A stretch of DNA of 64,000 nt from an uncultured Flavobacterium sp. (lineage in GTDB: Bacteria; Bacteroidota; Bacteroidia; Flavobacteriales; Flavobacteriaceae), in assembly GCF_963975515.1 (NCBI RefSeq), contig NZ_CAXBGY010000012.1, forward strand, positions 12,467-76,466, in the 5' to 3' direction. Of this stretch, positions 1 to 9,889 are shown in pieces; positions within the stretch are counted from its first letter, which is position 1, and every line of letters starts with the position of its first letter. The notes under the pieces are model-generated. The model was given only the letters and a program-made list of their open reading frames with translations. It ran no database searches and was not told where the DNA came from. The position numbers were made by a program, and so were the translations under genes.

Positions 1-1
1 A

Positions 2-280
2 TTGCGTTTGGTTTTTGTAGAAAATCCTTTAGAAGAAAAGGAAATAATTAAAATGGGCGTTTCTGTTTCAAAAAAACATTTTAAAAATGCCGTTGATCGA
101 AATTATTTTAAACGTTTATTGCGCGAAACTTATCGATTAAACAAACATATTTTGACAGAAAATCTTGAAAAACCTTATGCTTTCATGTTTTTTTATCAAT
201 CGAAAGATCGTTTGACTTATCAAGAGATTAACGAGAAAACTATCCAACTTTTTCAGAAATTTGTTGAAAATGTTAAGTAA
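2..280 (+). CDS. rnpA: Ribonuclease P protein component, 5'-truncated by the window edge
   Basis: MGVSVSKKHFKNAVDRNYFKRLLRETYR matches the RnpA G-x-S-V-S-K-K...AVxRNxxKRxxRE signature. Confidence 0.93.
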   Translation: MRLVFVENPLEEKEIIKMGVSVSKKHFKNAVDRNYFKRLLRETYRLNKHILTENLEKPYAFMFFYQSKDRLTYQEINEKTIQLFQKFVENVK

Positions 281-352
281 AACCTAACTTTGGTTTACTT
301 TTTGCTCAATTATAATTATATTCGTAGTTCATTTTTACTTAATTCTCTTATT

Positions 353-1984
353 ATGAAGTCCTTTTTTAGAAAAAGAATCATTATTCCCATTATAGCTGTT
401 TCGTTTTTATTTGTTGGAGTTAGTTTCAAAGGTGATTTCTTTGAATTAGCTAAACAAATTGAAATTTTTACCAACTTATTCAAAATCGTTAATCAAAATT
501 ATGTGGATGAAACTAATCCTGGTGATTTGATGGATAAAGGAATCAAAAGTATGTTGAAAGAATTGGATCCTTACACGGTTTTCTTTAATGAACAAGATGT
601 AATTAAATTCAAAATTAACAACACAGGTGAATATACTGGAATTGGAGCTATGATTACTCGTAAAGAAGATAAAGTCATCCTTAAAGAAGTTTACAAAAAT
701 TTTCCAGCAGATAAAGCAGGATTAAAAGCTGGTGATGAAATCATTCAAATTGATGATGTATTGCTAAAAGACTTTAAAGAAGATGCTTCGCAATTGCTAA
801 AAGGAACAAAAAACACCAAAGTGAATATTGTTTATTTCCGACAAGGTAAAAAAACGAACGGAACTATTATTTTAGATGAAGTTGAATTAAAAGCGGTTCC
901 TTATTACAAATTATTAGAAGACAATATTGGTTATATAGTTTTATCAAAATTTACTGAAAAAGCGTCTTCTGATACTAAAGCTGCTTTATTAGATTTAAAA
1001 AAACAAGGAGCCACAAAAATCATTCTAGATTTAAGAGGAAATCCAGGTGGGTTATTGGGTGAAGCTGTAAATATTTGCAATTTATTTGTGCCTAAAAACG
1101 AAACAATTGTTACTACAAAATCAAAAGTAGAGAAACACAACAGTACTTATAAAACAAAAAACGAACCGGTTGATTTAGAAATTCCGTTAGCTATTATTGT
1201 GAATGGCCGAAGTGCTTCCGCTTCAGAAATTGTTGCTGGTGCTTTACAAGATTTAGACCGAGCTGTTGTTGTTGGAAATAGAAGTTTTGGAAAAGGATTA
1301 GTACAAAGACCTTTAAATTTATCTTACGGAACACAGGTAAAAGTTACAATTTCTAAATATTACACTCCTTCAGGAAGATGCATTCAGGCTTTGGATTATT
1401 CACATAAAGATGAAAACGGAAAAGCAATTCGCACAGACGAAAAAAACTATAATGCTTTTAAAACTAAAAAAGGAAGAACCGTTTATGATGGTGGAGGAAT
1501 TATGCCAGATATGGAGATTTTAGAAACAAAACCTTCAACAATTTCAAAAGCTTTAACAGCTAATGATGCCATTTTTAATTACGTGACTGAGTTTTATTAT
1601 AAAAATCAAAACAATCCAAACGCACTATTTTCTAATTCAGATTTTGATGGCTTTAAACAGTTTGTTAAGAAAAATGATTACAAAATGAACACAGAAACAG
1701 AAAAAGCGCTGGAAAACACATTAGAAGTAGCAAAAAGAGAAAATATTGATGGAAACATTCAAACGGAATACAATTTACTGAAAACCGCTATTGAAAAAAG
1801 TAACGAAAAAGAACTAGACAAAAACAAAGCAGAAATTATTATGCTTTTGAATGATGAAATTATTACTCGTTTTCAATATAAAGAAGGTTTGTATGATTAT
1901 GATACTAAAAATAATATTGAAATCAACAAAGCCAAAGCCGTTTTAAAAAATTCATCAGATTATAACAAAATATTAAAAAAATAA
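353..1984 (+). CDS. S41A carboxyl-terminal processing protease (Prc/CtpA-like) with PDZ domain
   Basis: GIGA PDZ loop, DLRGNPGGLL, SASASEIVAGALQD and SFGKGLVQ motifs. ATG at 353 (MKSFFRKR, signal-like) is preferred to the track start at 290. Confidence 0.92.
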   Translation: MKSFFRKRIIIPIIAVSFLFVGVSFKGDFFELAKQIEIFTNLFKIVNQNYVDETNPGDLMDKGIKSMLKELDPYTVFFNEQDVIKFKINNTGEYTGIGAMITRKEDKVILKEVYKNFPADKAGLKAGDEIIQIDDVLLKDFKEDASQLLKGTKNTKVNIVYFRQGKKTNGTIILDEVELKAVPYYKLLEDNIGYIVLSKFTEKASSDTKAALLDLKKQGATKIILDLRGNPGGLLGEAVNICNLFVPKNETIVTTKSKVEKHNSTYKTKNEPVDLEIPLAIIVNGRSASASEIVAGALQDLDRAVVVGNRSFGKGLVQRPLNLSYGTQVKVTISKYYTPSGRCIQALDYSHKDENGKAIRTDEKNYNAFKTKKGRTVYDGGGIMPDMEILETKPSTISKALTANDAIFNYVTEFYYKNQNNPNALFSNSDFDGFKQFVKKNDYKMNTETEKALENTLEVAKRENIDGNIQTEYNLLKTAIEKSNEKELDKNKAEIIMLLNDEIITRFQYKEGLYDYDTKNNIEINKAKAVLKNSSDYNKILKK

Positions 1985-2808
1985 TGCACTTTCTTAAATA
2001 CATTTTTCTGCTTTTTATTATGACTTCATATGCTCAAGACGATGAGGTAATACAATCTATTTATTTTGATTTTGATAAGTTCGACATACGAAAAGACCAA
2101 CAAAAAGAACTTCAAAAATTCATTAAAACTATTGATACTGCTAAGGTAGAATCTATTCAGATTTTTGGTTATTGTGATGATAGAGGAAAAGATGCTTATA
2201 ATTATGATTTATCAACAAAAAGAGCCAATACTATCAAAGATACTTTGTTGCTTAAAGGCATAAAAAACAAAATCATTGTTTCTATTGAAGGAAAAGGAAG
2301 TATTGTAATTGATGAAGATTTAGAAAGCAATGTACCCGAAATTCGTTCTAAAAACAGAAGAGTCGATGTTTTAATAAATTTTAAACCCTTACTTAAAGAA
2401 AAAAGAACAAAACCAGAAAATTATACAGTTTTAAGAAAAGATGTCATTGTTGGTGACAAAATCACATTAGACAAAGTTTTTTTTGATAGAGGAAGTAGTA
2501 GACTAACAACTTCTGCAAAAAAAGAATTAGATAAAATTGCTATAAAAATGCACCGTTTTCCAAAAATACAACTTGAAGTTCAAGGACATATTTGTTGTAC
2601 ACCTTCTTATCAAAAAGAAGCTATTGACAAAGACACCAGAAAACGCGAATTATCTGTCAACAGAGCAAAATCGGTATATAAATATCTTATTTCTAGAAGA
2701 GTTAATGAAAAAAGATTAATTTATAACGGTTACGGAAACACACAACCACTAGGAAATAGTACGGAACAAGACAGAAGAGTTGAGTTGGTGATTACTAAGA
2801 TAGAGTAA
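1984..2808 (+). CDS. OmpA-family protein with two OmpA C-terminal-like peptidoglycan-binding domains
   Basis: Signal peptide; IYFDFDK...GYCDDRG...LSTKRA...NRRV and VFFDRGS...GHICC...LSVNRA...GYGNTQP...RRVE; TAATG overlap with the upstream gene. Confidence 0.85.
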   Translation: MHFLKYIFLLFIMTSYAQDDEVIQSIYFDFDKFDIRKDQQKELQKFIKTIDTAKVESIQIFGYCDDRGKDAYNYDLSTKRANTIKDTLLLKGIKNKIIVSIEGKGSIVIDEDLESNVPEIRSKNRRVDVLINFKPLLKEKRTKPENYTVLRKDVIVGDKITLDKVFFDRGSSRLTTSAKKELDKIAIKMHRFPKIQLEVQGHICCTPSYQKEAIDKDTRKRELSVNRAKSVYKYLISRRVNEKRLIYNGYGNTQPLGNSTEQDRRVELVITKIE

Positions 2809-2834
2809 TTCAACATTAACCTTAAAAAGAATAA

Positions 2835-3299
2835 ATGAAAAAAATATACTTATTAACACTACTAGTTTCTACTTCTATATTTTCTCAAGTAAAAGAGATT
2901 AAAAGTTTTGATTTTAAAGGAAAAAAAATTGAATATACTATAATTGATTACTCTAAATATAGTGTTGCCCAATTATTTATTACCATCTATAATGACACAG
3001 CTGAAAATGCGTCCGTTGAAGAAAACGCAATTAATTGTTTAAGTGATAAAAAGAATTTATATCATACATTTTATTATTTTTTAAAAATTCCTACTGGCAT
3101 TACAGATGAAACTGAAAAAACAGAACTTTATGCAGGGTTCTTAAATCATTTGTCTATGGAACAAGATATGCAAAAGCACAATTTATTTCTAAATTTTGAC
3201 GCTGATTATACCATTACCCATCCAATGACTGATAATATTAAAAGAATAATAACAGCTATAAATTCAAATACTATTTGTGATTATTTAAGCATTAGATAA
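2835..3299 (+). CDS. Hypothetical secreted protein
   Basis: 154-aa ORF with a Sec-type signal peptide (MKKIYLLTLLVSTSIFSQ); no family recognised. Confidence 0.7.
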   Translation: MKKIYLLTLLVSTSIFSQVKEIKSFDFKGKKIEYTIIDYSKYSVAQLFITIYNDTAENASVEENAINCLSDKKNLYHTFYYFLKIPTGITDETEKTELYAGFLNHLSMEQDMQKHNLFLNFDADYTITHPMTDNIKRIITAINSNTICDYLSIR

Positions 3300-3319
3300 G
3301 CATTTATTTGATTTAATAA

Positions 3320-3763
3320 TCAACTTCTCTTCATTTGAATATGCGGAATATCATCTTCTAAATACATTTCGCTGCTTTGCACAAATTGATGAGCTTCGTA
3401 GAATTTTTTTAGATGTTCTTGAGCAGAAATTGTGATTTCACTAATGTCGTATTCTTTTTCAATAGCTTCAATGGAAACTTTCATCAAATCGTGACCCCAT
3501 TTTTTGTCGCGTACTTTTGGACTCGTAACTACTCTACCAATTGAAGCTTCGTCAAAATAATATCCTTTGTCGAATAATCTAGTGTAAGCCACAATTTCGT
3601 TTTCATAAAAACCTAAAACATGTAAAGCTTTCTCATCTTTACCATCAATGTCTTGATAGACGCAATTTTGCTCCACCACAAAGACTTCGCTTCGCAATTG
3701 TAGCAATTTATATAGTTCGTAAATAGAAAGTTCGTTAAATCGCTTTATTTGGAATATTAGCAT
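3320..3763 (-). CDS. GNAT N-acetyltransferase, ElaA-like
   Basis: LRSEVFVVEQNCVYQDIDGKD, ASIGRVV, ISAQEHLKKFY and YLEDDIPHIQM are typical ElaA motifs. Confidence 0.9.
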   Translation of the reverse strand: MLIFQIKRFNELSIYELYKLLQLRSEVFVVEQNCVYQDIDGKDEKALHVLGFYENEIVAYTRLFDKGYYFDEASIGRVVTSPKVRDKKWGHDLMKVSIEAIEKEYDISEITISAQEHLKKFYEAHQFVQSSEMYLEDDIPHIQMKRS

Positions 3764-3776
3764 CTGAGAAATGAAT

Positions 3777-3824
3777 TAAAAAAAGAGCAAAAAAACTATT
3801 TTAAAAATAAGTTGATTTGCTCTT
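3777..3824 (-). terminator. Probable intrinsic terminator after the DUF4837-like gene
   Basis: AAGAGCAAA...TTTGCTCTT imperfect hairpin, followed by a T-run on the minus strand. Confidence 0.5.
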
Positions 3825-3846
3825 CGATAGTATCTTATTAAAATTT

Positions 3847-4824
3847 TTATTTTATAAATTTTGTTGAATTGATTATTGCTTCCATTTCGAACATGTGATC
3901 TCTTTTGGCTTTTGTAGGCAAGTAAGTAAATCCTTCAACAATTAGATAACGATTGTTTTTAGTGTCTTTGATAGCATAATTTACAAAAGGTCCACCCATA
4001 AAATCGTTTTTTAAAACCCAAGTACCTTTAGCTAAATATGTAAACTTGTTGTCTAATTTTGTTTCAAACAAATAAGGTGCATAAGCTTCTTCGGTAATCA
4101 TCCATGTGTTTGGCAACATTCCATGAATATTTGCTTTTCCAATAGAATCTCTAATGTTTATTATATTTTGAACGATATCCTGATTTTTTTCTACACTTTC
4201 AATAGGCACTTCGTAAATTAAAATACTATTGTAACCTGATTGAAATTCTTTTCGTAACCAAATAAATTTATCTTTAACCGTGTCATATTCATAACCATAA
4301 CCAATGTTCATAGACACACCAAATTTGTCTTCTATCTTTTTATCATTAACCAATGATTTTTTCATTCGTTTTTGATTCTCAATAATTTCACCGTTTTTAA
4401 CCGTGCTAATTATTTCTTTAGATTTAGATTCAATAATTTTTAATAAATCTTCATTTGTTTTTCCTGATATAAAAAAAACATTTTGAGGTGCTGCGTATAA
4501 ATCTTTAGAAGCTCCAAAACCCGTTTTGTCTGCTTTTTGAACAACAATTATGTTTCTTCCTTTTTTTACAAAACCATCAAATATTTTTGTTGGATATTGA
4601 TTGATATTAAACAAAGGCTCTTCTTGAGGCAAACCGTCTACTGGTGCAGCAAATTTTTTACGCAAAGAATCTCCAATTTCTCCATTCCAAAGTGGTTCAT
4701 CAATAAAAATAGAAACGTTATTAATATTTCCTGAAGATTCAGAAAGTCCTTTGTTGTTAGAAGCTTCTTCTTTACAAGAAAATAATAAGAAGGAAAGAAA
4801 CAGAAGTAAAAAAGATCTTTTCAT
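3847..4824 (-). CDS. Lipoprotein, DUF4837-like
   Basis: Lipobox (LLFSC); GLPQEEPLF, GTW...FMGGPFVNY and KRDHMFEMEAI resemble this Bacteroidota family, which usually follows mltD. Confidence 0.75.
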   Translation of the reverse strand: MKRSFLLLFLSFLLFSCKEEASNNKGLSESSGNINNVSIFIDEPLWNGEIGDSLRKKFAAPVDGLPQEEPLFNINQYPTKIFDGFVKKGRNIIVVQKADKTGFGASKDLYAAPQNVFFISGKTNEDLLKIIESKSKEIISTVKNGEIIENQKRMKKSLVNDKKIEDKFGVSMNIGYGYEYDTVKDKFIWLRKEFQSGYNSILIYEVPIESVEKNQDIVQNIINIRDSIGKANIHGMLPNTWMITEEAYAPYLFETKLDNKFTYLAKGTWVLKNDFMGGPFVNYAIKDTKNNRYLIVEGFTYLPTKAKRDHMFEMEAIINSTKFIK

Positions 4825-4846
4825 TTGAGGTTGATTTAATAAGATT

Positions 4847-6364
4847 TTACCCGTTTATTTTTAATTTCATTCCGGGTTGAATATTATCACCACTAATATC
4901 GTTCCATTTTTTTAAATCGTCTGTAGAAACTCCAGGATATTTTTTTGCAATAGTGTATAATGAATCCCCATTTCTAACTATATAACTAGTTGTACTGGTT
5001 GATCTAGAAGTCTTTGAATTATCTTCTTTTGTGCTATAAATTTTTAATTTATTTCCAGTTTGTATTGTGGAAGACCTAAGATTATTCCATTTTTTTATTT
5101 CTGAAACAGAAACATCATATTTTTGTGCAATTAAACCAAGACTTTCTCCACGTCTTACTGAATGGTACGCTAATTTACTTTTTGTTTTGGTTTCTTTATA
5201 TTCAACGATATTTGTTTCTTCAGAATTTTCAACAATAGCATCTTGTGCTTTTTCTCCACCATTTTTTACATAATCAATGTAAGCATAAACTGCTTCTTCA
5301 TTAGAAACAAATAAACCGATTTTATCTTTTGGTAATCTTAAAAAGTGAGGTTTATCTTCGTTAAAAGGAATTATGTTTAATTTATAAATTGGGTTTAAAA
5401 ATTCTACTTGATCTTGAGGAATATCAAATAAATCCGAAACCTGTTTGAAACTCATTTCTCTTCTAACCTTAATGGTGTCAGTTTCAAAATAAGTTAAAGG
5501 TGCTTTTTTTGGTTTAATTCCCAATTCCTTTTTATATTCATAAATATACATTGTAGCTAAAAAAGCGGGTACATAATTAGCTGTTTCTCTAGGAAGATTT
5601 TTTCTAATAATCCAATAATTTTGACTTCCTCCAGAACGTCTTATGGCTTTAGAAACATTTCCTGGGCCAGCATTATATGAAGCTAAAACTAAACTCCAAT
5701 CTCCAAAAATTTTATATAAACTAGATAAATATTGGCAAGCTGCTTCAGTTGCTTTTAAGGGATCGTATCTTTCATCAACATAAGAATTGACTTCTAAGTT
5801 AAATTGTTTTCCAGTTGGATACATAAATTGCCAAAGTCCAGAAGCACCAACTCTACTTTTTGCTCTTGGATTTAAAGCTGATTCTACAATTGCTAAATAT
5901 TTAATTTCTAAAGGCACATCATATTTAGCTAAATGCTCTTCAAACATTGGAAAATAATATTCAGAAATAGCCATTAATCGTTCAAAACTATGTTTTCTGT
6001 TTTTTAAGAATGATTTAATTACATTTTCAAGTGATGTGTTATACTCAATATTAAATGGTGATTTATCATCCATTTTTTTAAGTCTTTTCTTAAGAACTTC
6101 TGTTGACATTTCGTAAGCAACAGCTTCCTCTATGTCCAAGTCAGAAACATCTTCGTACATATTATCAAAAAGCTCTTGGTTAGATAATTCTTCCATCCAT
6201 CTGCTATCTATACAAATGCTTGTACTGTGGTTAACAAATGATGCTTTTAAAGAATCTAAATAAGAAACTTTTGTAACTGTTTCTTCAATTAAATTTGCCT
6301 CTACACTTTCTTGTGCAAAGGAAATTAAAGGTAATAGTAAGAATAAAATGTTTTTGATTTTCAT
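4847..6364 (-). CDS. mltD: Lytic murein transglycosylase (SLT domain) with two C-terminal LysM domains
   Basis: LAIVESAL, GASGLWQFM, ASYNAGPGNV and ETANYVP; two LysM repeats (HSVRRGESLGLIA, YIVRNGDSLYTIA). Confidence 0.9.
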   Translation of the reverse strand: MKIKNILFLLLPLISFAQESVEANLIEETVTKVSYLDSLKASFVNHSTSICIDSRWMEELSNQELFDNMYEDVSDLDIEEAVAYEMSTEVLKKRLKKMDDKSPFNIEYNTSLENVIKSFLKNRKHSFERLMAISEYYFPMFEEHLAKYDVPLEIKYLAIVESALNPRAKSRVGASGLWQFMYPTGKQFNLEVNSYVDERYDPLKATEAACQYLSSLYKIFGDWSLVLASYNAGPGNVSKAIRRSGGSQNYWIIRKNLPRETANYVPAFLATMYIYEYKKELGIKPKKAPLTYFETDTIKVRREMSFKQVSDLFDIPQDQVEFLNPIYKLNIIPFNEDKPHFLRLPKDKIGLFVSNEEAVYAYIDYVKNGGEKAQDAIVENSEETNIVEYKETKTKSKLAYHSVRRGESLGLIAQKYDVSVSEIKKWNNLRSSTIQTGNKLKIYSTKEDNSKTSRSTSTTSYIVRNGDSLYTIAKKYPGVSTDDLKKWNDISGDNIQPGMKLKING

Positions 6365-6432
6365 CTTGCAGGAATTTGTAATTTAATAGTTTATTAATCT
6401 ATGATAACTCAAAAAAGTCAAAAATAGTATTA

Positions 6433-7620
6433 TTATTGGATAATAGCTTGAATTCCAGGTAAAGTTTTTCCTTCTAGCATTTCTAACATTGCTCCACCAC
6501 CTGTGGAAACATAGCTTACTTGATCTTCAAAACCAAATTGTTTTACTGCTGAAACTGAGTCACCACCACCAACTAGAGAAAAAGCTCCGTTTTTAGTTGC
6601 TGCAGCAATATATTCTCCAACTTTAATTGTTCCATTAGCAAAACTTGGCATTTCGAAAACACCAACTGGTCCATTCCAAAGAATCGTTTTCGATTTTAAA
6701 ATTACTTCTTCAAAAAGTTCAAGCGATTTTGGTCCAGCATCTAAACCTTGCCAACCATCAGGAATTTTAGTTACATCAATTATTTGAGTATTAGCATCGT
6801 TAGAAAAAGCATCAGCAGCAATTACATCAACTGGTAAATGTATTTGCACTCCTTTTTCTTTTGCTTTTTTTAAAATTTCTAAAGCTAAATCCATCTTATC
6901 ATCCTCACATATAGAGTTTCCAACACTTCCGCCTAAAGCTTTGATAAAAGTAAAAGTCATTCCTCCACCAATTATCATATGGTCGATTTTATCTAAAATA
7001 TTTTCGATAATTGTAATTTTCGAAGATACTTTTGAACCCCCTAAAATTGCTGTAACTGGTTTTTGAGAATCCTTAAGTACTTTATTGATGCTTTCAATTT
7101 CTTTGGCTAACAATAATCCGAAATATTTATCATTTGGAAAATAATTTGCAATTATAGTTGTTGAAGCATGCGCTCTATGTGCTGTTCCAAAAGCATCATT
7201 TACATATACATCTCCTAACGTTGATAATTTTTTTGCGAAGTCAGAATCTCCTGCTTCTTCTTCCTTATAAAACCTAAGGTTTTCTAGTAGAAGTATTTGA
7301 TTTGGTTGTAGATTGCTTGCTTTTGAGTGTGCATCGCTACCTATACAATCATCTGCAAAAAGAATTTCTCTTCCTAAAATTTCTGAAACTTTACCAATAA
7401 TATGCTTTAATGAATATTTTTCTTCCTTTCCTTTTGGTCTTCCTAAATGCGACATTAAGATTACACTTCCACCCTCATTTAAGATTTTATCAATAGTTGG
7501 TTTTGCAGCTTCAATTCGTGTTGCATCAGTTACATTAAAATTTTCGTCTAAAGGAACATTAAAATCAACTCTGATAATTGCTTTTTTTCCATTAAAGTCT
7601 AAATTATTGATTGTTTTCAT
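6433..7620 (-). CDS. pgk: Phosphoglycerate kinase
   Basis: [41 protein letters not shown] and STGGGA. Confidence 0.99.
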   Translation of the reverse strand: MKTINNLDFNGKKAIIRVDFNVPLDENFNVTDATRIEAAKPTIDKILNEGGSVILMSHLGRPKGKEEKYSLKHIIGKVSEILGREILFADDCIGSDAHSKASNLQPNQILLLENLRFYKEEEAGDSDFAKKLSTLGDVYVNDAFGTAHRAHASTTIIANYFPNDKYFGLLLAKEIESINKVLKDSQKPVTAILGGSKVSSKITIIENILDKIDHMIIGGGMTFTFIKALGGSVGNSICEDDKMDLALEILKKAKEKGVQIHLPVDVIAADAFSNDANTQIIDVTKIPDGWQGLDAGPKSLELFEEVILKSKTILWNGPVGVFEMPSFANGTIKVGEYIAAATKNGAFSLVGGGDSVSAVKQFGFEDQVSYVSTGGGAMLEMLEGKTLPGIQAIIQ

Positions 7621-7666
7621 AAGAAGTTATTGTTTTCAGTTTATTGAAATTGATCTATTTTTTATA

Positions 7667-7674
7667 CAAAAATA
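7667..7674 (-). promoter_or_regulatory. Bacteroidota -7 promoter element for pgk
   Basis: TATTTTTG on the minus strand fits TAnnTTTG, about 47 nt before the start codon. Confidence 0.5.
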
Positions 7675-7702
7675 AAAAAGACTCACAAATGAGTCTTTTT
7701 TT
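7674..7702. terminator. Intrinsic terminator after the 648-aa gene
   Basis: AAAAAAGACTCA-CAAA-TGAGTCTTTTTTT hairpin with A/T tails. Confidence 0.75.
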
Positions 7703-7718
7703 AATACTAATTTAACGT

Positions 7719-9665
7719 TTACACGAGTTCGTCATCTTTAGATCTCGTGGCAACCATTTTTTGTTGGGGACAAAAAGGGTCATTATAATCTACATTCTGT
7801 TCATTACTTACTAATTGGTCAGGACTAGTGTTTACTAACATTATCCAAGTATCACCATAATATTTTCCGTTAACATTTGAATAATATAAATTTAAAGCAT
7901 TTGTCCAAGAATCATTTTTACTTACAAAAACATATCTGTAATTATTTTTTGGGTTGATAAAGAAATTAGCATCAATACCTAAACTTCTTAGTTTTGCAAC
8001 AAAACGAGTTGCATTTCTATGAACAGCAAACACATTTGCAATTACATAAAATCCACGTTGTTGATTATAAATTTCAACCATTGGTCCTGGAATTGCGGTG
8101 ATTTTTTGTTTTTGTCCATATTGATTTTGTGCAACTTGACTCAATTTTTCGCTAATCATAACTGGATCAATCATTGTTGTGTTTGAGGCAACAACATCAT
8201 TGTTCTCGGTCTTAACTTTTGGGTGACTAACTACAACTTCTTTTTTTGGAGCTAAAACAACACTGTTTGTGTTTTCTTTTGGACTGTTATCGACTTTAAC
8301 TGCAATTATTGTTTCTTTTTTGGTCGGCTCAATTGCTTTAACTTCTATTTTAGTTGTTTCAGCAACTATATTCTCTTTAGTTGGTATTTTAGTTTCTGAC
8401 TTTATTTCGTTTTTAACAATAGTTGTTGTTGTAGGTTTTGTATTGTCGGCAATAACTGTTTCTGTAACTATAGGAGTTGTAACAGATTCTTTAGTTTCTT
8501 CAGCTTCATTTGAAACAAACATAACTGGTTCTTTTTTAGCATCTTGAACCTCTACATTGAAAGCGTTAAAGAACATAAAGTATCTATCTCCTACTGTTTT
8601 AAGCTTTAAGGTTACATTATCCGTATTATTTTGAATAACAGAATTATCAGGATTTGCAATAGTTATTAAACTTGTGTCATAACCTAGGGTATTTTTACTG
8701 TTTGGGTTTCTGTCCGTAAAGTATTGGTCATTTATAATAATATTACTATTGAAAAAATTATTTTCTAATTTTAATGGTCCGCTTAATAATGTGAAAATTT
8801 CACTTAGTTGAGATTTTATTTGTAATTGGTCTCCAGCTAAATTATTATCCCCTTCTAAACCAGCACAAGCTAATTTAGCAAAAACATTTCCTTCAGGTAA
8901 AGTTTTAAATCCTGTAAATAATATTTCTGTGTCTTTATCTGTTACACCTGCAAAACCATCATATGAAGTTATGAATTTTGCTGTTTCGTTATCATCTTCA
9001 TAAACAAAAAACATTGTCCATCCACCTGAAACTCCACCTTCAACAACTCCTTGTGTTGCTTTTATGTTTGCAACTGTATATTCTCCAACAGGACTTCCAA
9101 GCTCTTTTACTAAATCGGTAATGTCAGCATAAACTGCATATGGAGCACTTTCGTCAAATCCTTTTTTATCTAAACCATCAAAAATTATATTTCCTTTTAT
9201 ATCTACATATTTAGATTCTCCAGGAAGTTTCAATTTAATTTGATCAAACTCTTCTCTATTTTTATCAAATGCTTTAAATTTGTTGCGTTTCTTTTTGATT
9301 CCACTATTGTATTTATAAGTGGCAGACCAGTATAAACCAGCGTAAACTATTTTTTTATTTTCTTCATTTTCAAGATATAATGTTGCAGCACTAGAACTAA
9401 AAGTAGACATGTCACTATCAATATCAATATAAAACATTTCAAACTCGTCATTAAGTTTGGCTGTTTTAGTTGCGTTCATGTATGGCATGTTTGGATTATT
9501 TCCATAATCTTTTCTGTTCACAATATTGTTTGCTATAACAGTCATATCGCCTTTAACATAAGACTGATATCTTACTTTAAAAGGAACGGGTAATTGACCA
9601 TAAGAAAAAGATGTTGCAAAAAGGATTGCAACCATTAACCCTAATTTTGAAATTTTGCTTAACAT
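7719..9665 (-). CDS. Exported protein: SprB-N-terminal-like domain, Thr/Glu/Lys-rich linker and SPOR-like C-terminal domain
   Basis: Residues ~24-372 align by eye with the N-terminus of the 4674-aa protein (GDMTVIANNIVNR, AGLYWSATY, GGWT, LEGDN, RNPNSxNTLGxD). C-terminal GFYVIANVFAVHRNATRFVAKLRSLG is SPOR-like. No T9SS CTD. Confidence 0.8.
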   Translation of the reverse strand: MLSKISKLGLMVAILFATSFSYGQLPVPFKVRYQSYVKGDMTVIANNIVNRKDYGNNPNMPYMNATKTAKLNDEFEMFYIDIDSDMSTFSSSAATLYLENEENKKIVYAGLYWSATYKYNSGIKKKRNKFKAFDKNREEFDQIKLKLPGESKYVDIKGNIIFDGLDKKGFDESAPYAVYADITDLVKELGSPVGEYTVANIKATQGVVEGGVSGGWTMFFVYEDDNETAKFITSYDGFAGVTDKDTEILFTGFKTLPEGNVFAKLACAGLEGDNNLAGDQLQIKSQLSEIFTLLSGPLKLENNFFNSNIIINDQYFTDRNPNSKNTLGYDTSLITIANPDNSVIQNNTDNVTLKLKTVGDRYFMFFNAFNVEVQDAKKEPVMFVSNEAEETKESVTTPIVTETVIADNTKPTTTTIVKNEIKSETKIPTKENIVAETTKIEVKAIEPTKKETIIAVKVDNSPKENTNSVVLAPKKEVVVSHPKVKTENNDVVASNTTMIDPVMISEKLSQVAQNQYGQKQKITAIPGPMVEIYNQQRGFYVIANVFAVHRNATRFVAKLRSLGIDANFFINPKNNYRYVFVSKNDSWTNALNLYYSNVNGKYYGDTWIMLVNTSPDQLVSNEQNVDYNDPFCPQQKMVATRSKDDELV

Positions 9666-9734
9666 AATACTTAGTTTTACAATTATTATACTAACGAATC
9701 ATTAACAATTATTTTTATGTACATTTACTTTTTT

Positions 9735-9864
9735 TGTTAGTAAGTGCAATCAATTTGATGATAAAAGAACTGTTTTTAAATCTTTTACTAAACTATTAAG
9801 AATAGTGATTGGTTTATCAACAATGGTAAACGACTTATTAACAATTTTTATTGTGTTATCAACA
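9735..9864. promoter_or_regulatory. Phased array of DnaA-box-like 9-mers
   Basis: TTATCAACA 9814, TTATTAACA 9835 and TTATCAACA 9856 (21-bp period); reverse-oriented variants TGTTAGTAA 9735 and TGATGATAA 9756 (also 21 bp apart). Confidence 0.6.
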
Positions 9865-9889
9865 AGATATAAAATTTAGAACTTATACA

